A stretch of 64,000 nucleotides of DNA from a virus (Duplodnaviria > Caudoviricetes), in IMG/VR virus record IMGVR_UViG_3300020238_000002, positions 6,898 through 70,897 of that record; one strand, given 5' to 3'. Shown piece by piece: positions 29,234 to 38,657 of the stretch. Position 1 is the first letter of the stretch. Each line of letters opens with the position of its first letter. A program made the position numbers and the translations under genes. The notes under the pieces were generated by a model, which had not been told where the DNA came from, ran no database searches, and saw only the letters and a program-made list of their open reading frames with translations.

Positions 29234-29878
29234 ATGAATTTAAATATTGAACATTATATCCATAAAGCAAAATGGATATCGGATGATCTTTGTGACGAAG
29301 TTAGAACACAACTCGATACTGAGAACACATGGAAACCATTTCCTCGTGATGTTGTAAATGCATATGAACAGAAAAGACCGAATGATGGTATTGTTGGATC
29401 AACATTAAGTATTGACTGGGAAGATTTTATGAATAACCCAGATGTTCCAAAGCAAGCAACAAATTATAGTTTATGCCATTTAGAAGATAAAGAAGCGATG
29501 AAAAAACTTCGTAGATCTATACAAGATGGGTTAGACAATTATGTACATGAGTATTTAAAAGATATACCATGGTATGATTACTATAGGGATTTTACTGATC
29601 CTAAGTTTATGAAATACGGTGAAGGTCATGATATGCAAGAACATTGCGATCATGTAAGATACGTATTTGACGGTAAAAGAAAAGGAATTCCAACAGTTTC
29701 TATTGTAGGCAGTTTAACTGGTGATTCCGAAGGTGGTTATGTAAGGTTTTGGGGTAATAAAGATTATTATGTAGGAAAAGGTGAATGTATGTATTTTCCT
29801 AGTAATTTTTTATATCCTCATAAAGTAACAGAAGTTACTAAAGGTTTAAGGTATTCTTTCGTAAGTTGGGTTTGGTAA
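29234..29878 (+). CDS. 2OG-Fe(II) oxygenase
   Basis: EHCDH, FPSNFLYPHKV, RYSFVSW. Confidence 0.85.
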   Translation: MNLNIEHYIHKAKWISDDLCDEVRTQLDTENTWKPFPRDVVNAYEQKRPNDGIVGSTLSIDWEDFMNNPDVPKQATNYSLCHLEDKEAMKKLRRSIQDGLDNYVHEYLKDIPWYDYYRDFTDPKFMKYGEGHDMQEHCDHVRYVFDGKRKGIPTVSIVGSLTGDSEGGYVRFWGNKDYYVGKGECMYFPSNFLYPHKVTEVTKGLRYSFVSWVW

Positions 29879-29894
29879 ATTATTAATAAACAAG

Positions 29895-29925
29895 TATGTA
29901 CATTTAGCTTGATTCGTGGTATAAT
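29895..29925 (+). promoter_or_regulatory. TATGTAC-N18-TATAAT promoter upstream of gp43
   Basis: Motif copy. Confidence 0.8.
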
Positions 29926-29931
29926 ACACCC

Positions 29932-32445
29932 ATGAATCAATCTTTTTACACGTCAGCCTTCCGTCACGGGAAGGTCATCAAATATTTGGGCTACGAGGAT
30001 GGTAAGAAAGTTTCTTTCACTGTCCCGTATCGCCCTACTCTATTCGTTACAAGCAAACAAAACAATCCTCATGATTGGCATGCCTTAGATGGTACGCCGG
30101 TAGAACCTATAGTATTTGGTTCTATGGGTGAAGCTACTGACTTTATTAAGTCTTATGCAGACGTACCTAACTTTAAAATCTATGGCAATACCAACTATGT
30201 GTCACAATATCTTAATGATGAATTCCCTGGTGTAATCAAATGGGATCGTAACACAATCAATGTTACCTCAATCGATATTGAGACAAAGTTCGGTGATGGT
30301 TTCCCTGATCCTAAAGAAGCTGATCAGGAAGTAACAGCAATCACAATGAAGAATAACATCGATGATACTTACTACACATTTGGTTGTGGCGAGTATGATG
30401 TAGATAATTCTATCATGCAAACCAATTCTGTGATCTATGTCAAGTGTGCAGACGAGAGAGAACTATTACACAAATTTGTATATCATTGGTCTAAGACTTC
30501 CCCTGATATCGTTACAGGTTGGAACTGTGAATTCTTTGATATGCCTTATCTCATTAACCGTATAAGACGTATCTTTGACAATGGTCGTGAGAAGTTCTTA
30601 TCACCATGGAAGATGATTGATGAGCGTGAGACTCATACAGGTTATAATCAAACAGCTATTAAATATGAAATCAAAGGTGTAGCCATCTTAGATTACATGG
30701 CAATATTCAAGAAGTTCGGTTATTCGTATGGTCCACAAGAATCATACAAGTTAGATCATATTGCAAATGTAGTTCTCGGTGAGAAGAAGCTTGACTTCGG
30801 TGAAGCATCTGACCTTAACGAATTACATGATACAAACTATCAGAAATTTATTGACTATAATATCAAAGACGTAGAGTTGATCGATCGTATGGAAGACAAG
30901 CTTGGTCTTATTAGTCTATGCCTTACTATGGCTTATAAAGGTGGGGTGAACTATGAACAGGTTCTCGGCACGGTGGCTATATGGGATTCACTAATCTATC
31001 GTGACTTGCATGCTAAACGTGTAGCTGTACCACAAAACGAAGAGTCATTTAAAGGTGCATATCCTGGCGGTTATGTAAAAGAACCACATGTTGGTATGCA
31101 TGATTGGGTATGTTCATTTGACTTGGCTTCTCTATATCCGTCAATCATTATGCAATACAATATGTCTCCCGAGACTATCCTACTTGATGATGAGCCTGGT
31201 GTAAATGTAGAATCAGTCTTAGCTGGTCATATAAAAAATACTAAACCAGGCACGGCATTAGCTGTAAATGGTGTTCGCTTTAGAACAGACAAGCCTGGTA
31301 TTATTCCATCAATCATTCAAGAGATCTATAATGATCGTCAAACATTTAAACAGGCACAACTCAAAGCTGAGCAAGAGCTTGAATTATGTGCTGTTAAATC
31401 AGAGATGTATGCATTAGAAAAACGTATTGCTATTGCCAAGAACCAACAAATGGCATTGAAGATCCTACTCAACTCTTTGTATGGTGCAATGGGTAATAAG
31501 TGGTTTAGATACTTTGACATGCGAATTGCTGAAGGTATTACACTTACTGGTCAAGCAACTATTCGTTGGGCAGAGAATAACTTGAATGATTACCTTAACA
31601 AAACTCTACAAACCAAGAAAGATTATGTAGTTGCCATTGATACAGACTCTGTCTATGTTTGTCTTAACGAGTTTGTCAAACGTCTTGGTCCAGCCAAACC
31701 AGTAGATTTCCTTGACCAAGTATGTTCAGGTGCATTAGAAGGTGCACTCAGTGAATGCTATGATCGTTTGTTTAAAACCTTAGGTGGTATAGAAAACAAA
31801 ATGGTTATGGAACGTGAGGTAATTGCTGATCGTGGTATTTGGACAGCAAAGAAGAGATATATCCTTAATGTGCATGATAATGAAGGTGTTCGTTATACTA
31901 CACCGAAGCTTAAGATTATGGGCATCGAGGCAATCAAATCATCTACTCCGGCCATATGTCGTGAAGCATTAAAAGACATATTCCGTAGGATCATGGAAAC
32001 AGATGAGGCAACCGTACAGGCAGACATAGCAAACTTCCGTGCTGCATTTAAACAAGCATCTGCCGAAGAGGTTAGCTTTCCTCGTAGTGTAAAGAATATA
32101 AAGAAGTGGATTGATAGAGATAATGTGTACAAGAAAGGTACACCTATCCATGTTCGTGGTGCAATACTACATAATGATCTTATTACAAAACACAAATTGG
32201 GTAGAAGTATCCAAAAAATCAATAGTGGAGACAAAGTCAAGTTTACATATCTTGTCAAGCCAAATCCAATCAAAGAAAATGTGATTGCGTTTGTAGACTT
32301 TCTTCCACGTCAATTTAAACTTGAGCAATATATAGATTATAATCTACAATTCGAGAAAACTTTCTTGGGTGCTATCGATCCTGTTTTAGAAGCAATTGGA
32401 TGGACCAGTGAGCATCAAGTATCACTCGAAGATTTTTTCGTATAA
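29932..32445 (+). CDS. gp43: Family B DNA polymerase (T4 gp43)
   Basis: DIET exonuclease motif, SFDLASLYPS, KILLNSLYG, DTDS, KKRY. Confidence 0.99.
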   Translation: MNQSFYTSAFRHGKVIKYLGYEDGKKVSFTVPYRPTLFVTSKQNNPHDWHALDGTPVEPIVFGSMGEATDFIKSYADVPNFKIYGNTNYVSQYLNDEFPGVIKWDRNTINVTSIDIETKFGDGFPDPKEADQEVTAITMKNNIDDTYYTFGCGEYDVDNSIMQTNSVIYVKCADERELLHKFVYHWSKTSPDIVTGWNCEFFDMPYLINRIRRIFDNGREKFLSPWKMIDERETHTGYNQTAIKYEIKGVAILDYMAIFKKFGYSYGPQESYKLDHIANVVLGEKKLDFGEASDLNELHDTNYQKFIDYNIKDVELIDRMEDKLGLISLCLTMAYKGGVNYEQVLGTVAIWDSLIYRDLHAKRVAVPQNEESFKGAYPGGYVKEPHVGMHDWVCSFDLASLYPSIIMQYNMSPETILLDDEPGVNVESVLAGHIKNTKPGTALAVNGVRFRTDKPGIIPSIIQEIYNDRQTFKQAQLKAEQELELCAVKSEMYALEKRIAIAKNQQMALKILLNSLYGAMGNKWFRYFDMRIAEGITLTGQATIRWAENNLNDYLNKTLQTKKDYVVAIDTDSVYVCLNEFVKRLGPAKPVDFLDQVCSGALEGALSECYDRLFKTLGGIENKMVMEREVIADRGIWTAKKRYILNVHDNEGVRYTTPKLKIMGIEAIKSSTPAICREALKDIFRRIMETDEATVQADIANFRAAFKQASAEEVSFPRSVKNIKKWIDRDNVYKKGTPIHVRGAILHNDLITKHKLGRSIQKINSGDKVKFTYLVKPNPIKENVIAFVDFLPRQFKLEQYIDYNLQFEKTFLGAIDPVLEAIGWTSEHQVSLEDFFV

Positions 32446-32448
32446 AAG

Positions 32449-32478
32449 TATGTACTTTGAACAAAAGTATGGTATAAT
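32449..32478 (+). promoter_or_regulatory. TATGTAC-N17-TATAAT promoter
   Basis: Motif copy. Confidence 0.8.
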
Positions 32479-32559
32479 ATAACATATGAGTAAATTAGAC
32501 TACGTAATATTAATTCTTTTATTCCCGTACTTTTTACTCGCGTATTTAAAGGAGCAAAG

Positions 32560-33219
32560 ATGAGCGCAGATTGGGTAAACGACATTAACAGAATGCAAAC
32601 AAAATATGGTGTCCGTGAATGGATAAAACATGCCACACCATTTGAACTTAAAAAATATTTAGAGTTTCGTTTAAACTTTATTAAAGAAGAGTATGACGAA
32701 ACATGTAAAGCACTTAGTGAAGAAGATAGTGAAGAGATCGTAGATGGTCTTATTGACTTATGTGTTGTAGCTATTGGTACATTAGATGCATTAGGTGTAA
32801 ATGTACACAAAGCTTGGAATGAAGTATATGAAGCCAACATGAATAAAGAAGTTGGTGTAAAAGAATCACGTCCAAATCCATTAGGCTTACCAGATCTAAT
32901 CAAGCCTGAAGGTTGGACAGCGCCAAGCCATGAGAAAAATCATGGTATTATTGGTAATGCATGGAGCGATGAAATTACTAAGAAAGCTATGGAAGCTAAT
33001 GCAGCAAGAACAGAGCTCATAGCAGATAATCCAGATGTCAATTCTAACTGGGCACCAGATGCAATATCTCGTATGGATATTATTGGTCAAAATGGTAATG
33101 ATGGTTTACATTATACACCAGGACCAGGACCATTAGATGGTACACAAGCAAAAATTAATTGGGAAAAAGACTCGGAGTATATAAGATTATATGGGACCCC
33201 CGAAGATCCAAAAATCTAA
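32560..33219 (+). CDS. MazG-like/PRA-PH all-alpha NTP pyrophosphohydrolase with C-terminal extension
   Basis: EEYDE...EIVDGLID (ExxE...ExxD), NMNK, LIKPEGW. Confidence 0.8.
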   Translation: MSADWVNDINRMQTKYGVREWIKHATPFELKKYLEFRLNFIKEEYDETCKALSEEDSEEIVDGLIDLCVVAIGTLDALGVNVHKAWNEVYEANMNKEVGVKESRPNPLGLPDLIKPEGWTAPSHEKNHGIIGNAWSDEITKKAMEANAARTELIADNPDVNSNWAPDAISRMDIIGQNGNDGLHYTPGPGPLDGTQAKINWEKDSEYIRLYGTPEDPKI

Positions 33220-33346
33220 AATAAACTACCGTACATGGTTAGTTTTATATAAAGGTAAAGATATCGATAAGATTACCTTGGAAGAGCATACTAAGTTTAG
33301 TAAAATGTATGCTGCATGGAAGGTAGGTAATATTGAGAAAGTATGA
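33191..33346 (+). CDS. Small hypothetical protein (51 aa, not in ORF track)
   Basis: Fills the gap exactly; its stop overlaps the next ATG (ATGA). Confidence 0.4.
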   Translation: MGPPKIQKSKINYRTWLVLYKGKDIDKITLEEHTKFSKMYAAWKVGNIEKV

Positions 33347-34269
33347 ATTATTCCCTTACATTATTTAAAAGCATATTCGATAACAAAACTGAAAAGCGTA
33401 TGAACTTTACTTCATACCATCAATTTGAGCGTTTGTTATTTGATCTAGCCCAGCAGAAGCGTGAAGATAAAAAGTCGGCTCCCCTTATTTCTCCTGCGAC
33501 ATACAAAGAGAATACGACTCGTGCAAATGATAATGTACTCGGTTGGGCTGGTTGGACGGCAGTAGATGTAGATGAACATGTATTCGATGGTAATCTTGAG
33601 CAAGAATTATTAGATCGATATGGAAAATGGAATCATGTTGTTTACTCTACTGCTTCATCCACTCGTGAACATCCTAAGTTTAGAATAGTATTTCCATTAA
33701 CAATCCATGTACCAAAGGAAAAGATTAAACACTTCTGGTTTGCATTAAATAAAGAGTTAGGTGATATTGGTGATCCTCAAACAAAGGATCTATCACGTAT
33801 GTATTATGTTCCAGGCAAATACAAAGATGCATACAATTTTATATACAATAATTTCAATGGTGTGGATATGAATCCATATGAGATTATGTCTAAACATGAC
33901 TATGTTGAAAGATCAGGTTCATTGATAGATAATTTGCCTAAAGAGATTCGTAAACAAGTACTCGCTCATCGTAAGAGTGAGATGACAAATACAAATGTGT
34001 CATGGAGTAATTACAGAGATTGTCCATTTGTAAATAAGAAGTTAGTGAAAGAGTATAATGAAATCACTGACACAGGATGGTATACAAAGATGTATTCCAT
34101 TATGGTTTCAATTGCAGGTAATGCTATACGTAAGAAGTATCCAATCACTGCACAAGAGATCACTACATTATGTAAGGAGATAGATTATGAGAACGGAAAC
34201 TGGTATAAATCAAGACCATTCGACAAGGAGGCAGACCGTGCCATTGAATTTGTATACGGAAACGTTTAA
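33343..34269 (+). CDS. Archaeo-eukaryotic primase (PrimPol-like) domain protein
   Basis: DVD catalytic motif; VVYSTASS...HPKFRIVFPL; DLSRMYYVP; helical C-terminal domain. Confidence 0.7.
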   Translation: MNYSLTLFKSIFDNKTEKRMNFTSYHQFERLLFDLAQQKREDKKSAPLISPATYKENTTRANDNVLGWAGWTAVDVDEHVFDGNLEQELLDRYGKWNHVVYSTASSTREHPKFRIVFPLTIHVPKEKIKHFWFALNKELGDIGDPQTKDLSRMYYVPGKYKDAYNFIYNNFNGVDMNPYEIMSKHDYVERSGSLIDNLPKEIRKQVLAHRKSEMTNTNVSWSNYRDCPFVNKKLVKEYNEITDTGWYTKMYSIMVSIAGNAIRKKYPITAQEITTLCKEIDYENGNWYKSRPFDKEADRAIEFVYGNV

Positions 34270-34669
34270 CCAAACGGACATCGATCCGAAAAGATTATAC
34301 GCTAGGGCCAAAGCTGAATCTGAAAAGATCACTTGGAATCCTAACAATAGAACACCTGAAAAGATATTAATGGATTGCATGATGGGTCAATGTGCAGAAT
34401 TATATCTCATAGACAAGTGTGGATACACAGATAATCCTAATGGATTTATGGATGTGTTTGATTTAGAAGGACGTGAGATCGAAGTAAAGGTTACACGTGG
34501 TGAACACAATATAAAGTTTATGTTAGGTGATTTATTAGTTCGTAAAATAGAATGGGGATACCATGTAGCTGATATAGTTTATTTTTATCTTTATGATCCA
34601 AAGTCAGGTGACTATACATTCTGTAGAGAATATAATTTTAATGGTACAGACTATGTACTTTCTAGTTAA
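34238..34669 (+). CDS. PD-(D/E)xK nuclease-like protein
   Basis: MDVF...EIEVK motif; AGGAGG RBS before GTG at 34238. Confidence 0.55.
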   Translation: MPLNLYTETFNQTDIDPKRLYARAKAESEKITWNPNNRTPEKILMDCMMGQCAELYLIDKCGYTDNPNGFMDVFDLEGREIEVKVTRGEHNIKFMLGDLLVRKIEWGYHVADIVYFYLYDPKSGDYTFCREYNFNGTDYVLSS

Positions 34670-34682
34670 ATCGTGTTATAAT
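34652..34682 (+). promoter_or_regulatory. TATGTAC-N18-TATAAT promoter of the DNA-modification operon
   Basis: Motif copy. Confidence 0.8.
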
Positions 34683-34708
34683 ATACACATATCAATCGAG
34701 GAGTAAAC

Positions 34709-35047
34709 ATGCAAAAAGAATCAATCATAGTTCTGCAAGAATGTGCAGAGCTTCAATCTAAAAAGTCAGAAGACTATCAAAATCCAAATTCACAAGTAAA
34801 ACAAGCAATGCATTATCGTCGTGGTGTAGATTCTATTCATGATACTATGCATGGCAAAATGCTTCGTGCTCAGTCTTTACTTGAATCCGGTCAAGCTAAC
34901 AACTTTGAATCACTTGAAGACACATACAAAGATCTTATTAACTATGCATCATTTGCTGTAGCTTATATTCGTGGCAAGATGGAAGGTCAAGATCCAAACT
35001 TAGATTACTTAAACAATCCTAAATCAAATGTTGATACGTCCATATAA
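34709..35047 (+). CDS. Nucleotide-modification-associated (Nmad1/DUF1599-like) all-alpha protein
   Basis: KKSEDY, KMLR, ESLEDTYKDLINYA pattern. Confidence 0.7.
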   Translation: MQKESIIVLQECAELQSKKSEDYQNPNSQVKQAMHYRRGVDSIHDTMHGKMLRAQSLLESGQANNFESLEDTYKDLINYASFAVAYIRGKMEGQDPNLDYLNNPKSNVDTSI

Positions 35048-35771
35048 AGTTGCCGACGTTCGTGACTACTTCATTGGTGCCAAGCAAGGTGGTGGTTATG
35101 GTCGGACTATAGATAAGACTGGCGTTCAATGTATCGAATTAATCGGTGCATCTTTTTTAGCAGATGAACCTGCTATATTTGGTGAACCTAATATAGAATA
35201 TATAAATGCAGAAATTAATTGGTATGAATCACAATCTCTAAATATTCACGATATATACGGTAAACATTCTGGTAAAAAACCACCAGCAGCATGGCAATAT
35301 GCAGCATCAGATCGTGGTTTTGTTCATTCAAATTATGGTTACTTAGTTGGCTCAGAAGAGAATGGTAGTCAATATGGAAATTGTTTAGCAGAATTAAAAG
35401 CTAATCCTAATTCACGTAGAGCTGTTATGATTTATCAAAGACCATCTATATGGTACGAATATAATCTTGATGGTGCTTCAGATTTTATATGTACTAATTC
35501 AGTAGCTTACTATATTCGAGATGGTAAATTACATTGTTCAGTTTCAATGAGATCTAACGATGTAGTGTATGGTTATAAAAATGATTATGCATGGCAACAA
35601 TACTTATTGCTTAATATGGCAAATGAACTTGAAGTAGTAGCAGGTAATATGATATGGCAAGTGCAAAACTTACATGTTTATGAAAAGCATTTTGACTTAA
35701 TCAAGCCAGCTCCATTACCCGAATCACCTACTAAATTATCAACTAACGCAAGTCATAAAAGTTATGCCTAA
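35028..35771 (+). CDS. gp42: dCMP hydroxymethylase (T4 gp42-like, thymidylate synthase fold)
   Basis: EINWY, SNYG, SRRAVMIYQRP, DFICTN (catalytic Cys). MRSNDVVYGYKNDYAWQ parallels T4 gp42 MRSNDVVFGFRNDYAWQ and retains the cytosine-specifying Asp. Confidence 0.88.
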   Translation: MLIRPYKVADVRDYFIGAKQGGGYGRTIDKTGVQCIELIGASFLADEPAIFGEPNIEYINAEINWYESQSLNIHDIYGKHSGKKPPAAWQYAASDRGFVHSNYGYLVGSEENGSQYGNCLAELKANPNSRRAVMIYQRPSIWYEYNLDGASDFICTNSVAYYIRDGKLHCSVSMRSNDVVYGYKNDYAWQQYLLLNMANELEVVAGNMIWQVQNLHVYEKHFDLIKPAPLPESPTKLSTNASHKSYA

Positions 35772-36801
35772 GAAGTGGTTAAATGAGGAAGCACTTGATG
35801 TGCTAGTTAATTATTATTATCCAAGAGCTGGATGGCTTCAGGATAATGTCAATTGGGGTCCATTAGATTACGAAGGACCAGAAGCCAATAAAGAAATTAA
35901 TGATCCTCTTATGCAGAAGATTGATATTTATGATTGTAAGACAAGGAATGCCGCTGGCTTTTCAAATGTATTACAAGATTTATTTCTTGGTTCAAAGACT
36001 CCTAAATGGAGATGGCAAAACGAAAGACGTAGAGAGATTAACACATGGAATGATCAGATCACATGGGGTTTATCTGCACAGTTTTTTGTTATGATGTGTC
36101 ATCGTATTACAGGTTCTGGTGCATCATTTGAGAATGACCATGGATATCGTAATAATATTATACAATATTGGGGTACACAGTTTGCTAAGGATGGCATAAA
36201 AGAAATGTGTGAAGATCTAATAAAGCGTAAAGAGGAAGGACCAATCTTTACTTCTATTGGTAACCAGCCACCTGCTCCAAAGAAGGGCACAACAAATGTA
36301 GACTTCATGACAAAAGAATTACCGCCATTAATATTTAAATTTGTTGATTGGTTATTATATGAAAAGATAGATGGTAGAGAAATGAAAACCCATAAGGAAA
36401 TTGTTGACTATTTAAATGCATATAATAAATCTGCTGGTCATAGAAAGTTTAATTTTCAATATGCAGCATTCTCTATGGACTGTTCAGATTATTTTCCTAC
36501 AGCAGTAGATCCAGATTCACACACATACTTGGGTAACAATGCTGTTCGTTGTATGCAGAAGCTATCATCAGGATATAAGCCAGATGAGTTTATGGATATA
36601 TTAAGAGAACGTACAGGTGGAAAACCAAAAGATCTTGAAGATGTTATGTGTGACTTTGTAAGATTTGGTCAAAATTATGTACCAAGAGGTAACGGCACAT
36701 TTGACCATATTCCTAGTACTATAACTAATAACAGCGGATGGGTATCTGGTTGGAAGCAAAGACAAGGTACACCACCGAATAATAATACACTACCAATATG
36801 A
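35764..36801 (+). CDS. aGPT-Pplase-like (5-hm-pyrimidine DNA kinase / amino acid:DNA transferase superfamily) helical protein
   Basis: FQYAAFSMD, YLGNNAVRCM and DLEDVMCDFVRF resemble the family's C-terminal motifs; gene context. Confidence 0.6.
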   Translation: MPKKWLNEEALDVLVNYYYPRAGWLQDNVNWGPLDYEGPEANKEINDPLMQKIDIYDCKTRNAAGFSNVLQDLFLGSKTPKWRWQNERRREINTWNDQITWGLSAQFFVMMCHRITGSGASFENDHGYRNNIIQYWGTQFAKDGIKEMCEDLIKRKEEGPIFTSIGNQPPAPKKGTTNVDFMTKELPPLIFKFVDWLLYEKIDGREMKTHKEIVDYLNAYNKSAGHRKFNFQYAAFSMDCSDYFPTAVDPDSHTYLGNNAVRCMQKLSSGYKPDEFMDILRERTGGKPKDLEDVMCDFVRFGQNYVPRGNGTFDHIPSTITNNSGWVSGWKQRQGTPPNNNTLPI

Positions 36802-37682
36802 GTCACAACAAACATGTAGAAGACGGATTCAATATAGATATCGGGATGATGCAACCCGAAGAAGCAAAAGAATATTACTTAGATCTTGCTCAGTTTTGGA
36901 CTGATCCTAATCCAGCTCCACGTATTGTTGAGCATGAAGGTATTCGAGTTGTAAGAGATGATGACTTAGTTGGATCTAAAGTTCGTGGTGGAGATTGTCT
37001 TATTAGTTCTCTTCCACGTCATATCGACACAATAGTTTATGTTCAACCAAGAACTGGTTTAGCTGGTGTAAGTATATTAGATGTAGCAAAGAGACATAAT
37101 AAATCTGTAAGATTATTTATGCCATCATCTAAAAAGATCTCACATCACCAAGCTTGTTGTATAGAGCAAGGTGCAGAGGTTAGCTTTCATAGAATTGCTG
37201 CCATGCCTAATCTAAATAAGATAGCAAAGGAATGGGCTGATAAAAAAGAAAATGCATTCTTTGTACCGTTAGGATTAAAACATAGAATGGTCACAGCAGG
37301 AATTGTAAAGGTTGCAAGTCAAATAAAAGAACCTGAGCAAGTATGGGTTGCTACATCAACTGGTGTATTGACTCGTGGATTGCAGATAGCTTGGCCAAAT
37401 GCAGAGTTTGTTTCTGTGGCTGTAAGTAGAAACATGAAGGCTGGTGAATTAGGTAGAGCAAGAGTAATATCTGCACCTGAGCCATTTACTAAAGGATGCA
37501 AACCTGAAGATCTGCCACCGTTTCCGTGTATAGACACCTATGACGGAAAAGTCTGGCGTTACATTCCTAAGAATACTGGTAAAGATATTCTATTTTGGAA
37601 TGTCGGAGCTCAACCGATTTTACAAGATGAGACGCTATATGAAACAACTGATAGCTATAGAAAATGGGATAAAGACTTATGA
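36798..37682 (+). CDS. PLP-dependent enzyme, fold type II (DNA-hypermodification-associated)
   Basis: VVRDDDLVGSKVR (Schiff-base Lys), VATSTGVL phosphate loop, DTYDGKVW, ILFWNVG. Confidence 0.8.
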   Translation: MSHNKHVEDGFNIDIGMMQPEEAKEYYLDLAQFWTDPNPAPRIVEHEGIRVVRDDDLVGSKVRGGDCLISSLPRHIDTIVYVQPRTGLAGVSILDVAKRHNKSVRLFMPSSKKISHHQACCIEQGAEVSFHRIAAMPNLNKIAKEWADKKENAFFVPLGLKHRMVTAGIVKVASQIKEPEQVWVATSTGVLTRGLQIAWPNAEFVSVAVSRNMKAGELGRARVISAPEPFTKGCKPEDLPPFPCIDTYDGKVWRYIPKNTGKDILFWNVGAQPILQDETLYETTDSYRKWDKDL

Positions 37683-38611
37683 TTACAGGAACATTTAATA
37701 AAATACCACGTAAGAAAAACAGCCATGGATATGGTTGGGCAAGAACATGGGCAGAGAACTTAAATGTAGGTATTAACCATGATGCTCATCCAACCGAGGT
37801 ATTATACTTAGACCACGGGGTAAACTTTGGTGGTGGTCTGAATCTATTCGGTGGGTTTAACGAAGAACTTAAACAACGTATAGATAATTTCTTAGCAGCA
37901 AACGAAGTTTTTTCACTTGACATGGATATGCCAGAGTATGGTAATATGTTAGCTAAGAGAAAAGATGTTAAAGATAAAGAATGGTGTAAACGTGTTCAAG
38001 CTAAATGCGATAGTGCAAAAACATTATTGTCTACAGATCTTGACACTACTTGGTTGACAATTGGTGATTCTCATACGGCAGCATTCGCTGCACCAGGAAG
38101 TATGGTCATTAAGACAAACGGTCTTACACTCAATGGACAACTACGTTCTAACTTTCAATATGTGAGAGATCATATATGGAAATGTAACAACCTACAAGGT
38201 ATCACATTAAGCTTTGGTAATATAGATGTAAGACATCACCTTTGCAGATTAGGTATTGATCCAAGAGATATGTGGATTGACTTAAAAAGATTTGGTGATA
38301 GCTTACCATTTCCAGTAGAATATTCTGTACCATGGCCTATAGAGTTTGAAGACAGAAGATTACCAAAGACTGGTTATTATAAGAACCAACCATTTTGGGG
38401 TACACGCTTTGAAAGAACACAAATGCTTGAAAGAATTATTGAGACCATGGATATGGTAAGCATGAATAAAGTTATGTATCCACAAGAGTGGTTAACCATG
38501 GATCCTGAAGTATTTGCTAAAACAAAAATGGAAGGCACTAGTTCAGTACATATATCACCTGAAGTATATAGGCGAAAAGATTTTGGTGAGCAGTATGTAC
38601 TTCCAATATAA
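37679..38611 (+). CDS. Protein with C-terminal SGNH/GDSL-like domain; N-terminus weakly resembles T4 beta-glucosyltransferase N-domain
   Basis: TIGDSH, SFGNIDVR, SSVH; N-terminal LNLFGG. Confidence 0.5.
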   Translation: MITGTFNKIPRKKNSHGYGWARTWAENLNVGINHDAHPTEVLYLDHGVNFGGGLNLFGGFNEELKQRIDNFLAANEVFSLDMDMPEYGNMLAKRKDVKDKEWCKRVQAKCDSAKTLLSTDLDTTWLTIGDSHTAAFAAPGSMVIKTNGLTLNGQLRSNFQYVRDHIWKCNNLQGITLSFGNIDVRHHLCRLGIDPRDMWIDLKRFGDSLPFPVEYSVPWPIEFEDRRLPKTGYYKNQPFWGTRFERTQMLERIIETMDMVSMNKVMYPQEWLTMDPEVFAKTKMEGTSSVHISPEVYRRKDFGEQYVLPI

Positions 38612-38623
38612 CTGTGATATAAT
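38594..38623 (+). promoter_or_regulatory. TATGTAC-N17-TATAAT promoter upstream of uvsX
   Basis: Motif copy. Confidence 0.8.
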
Positions 38624-38657
38624 ATACATATCAATTAATTATTAGAGGAGAAAAAAT

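Noticed and set aside
35028-35771. Ordinary thymidylate synthase or dUMP hydroxymethylase
   Set aside because: The specificity position is Asp (YKND) and the flanking sequence follows T4 gp42 rather than the ThyA PFN pattern.
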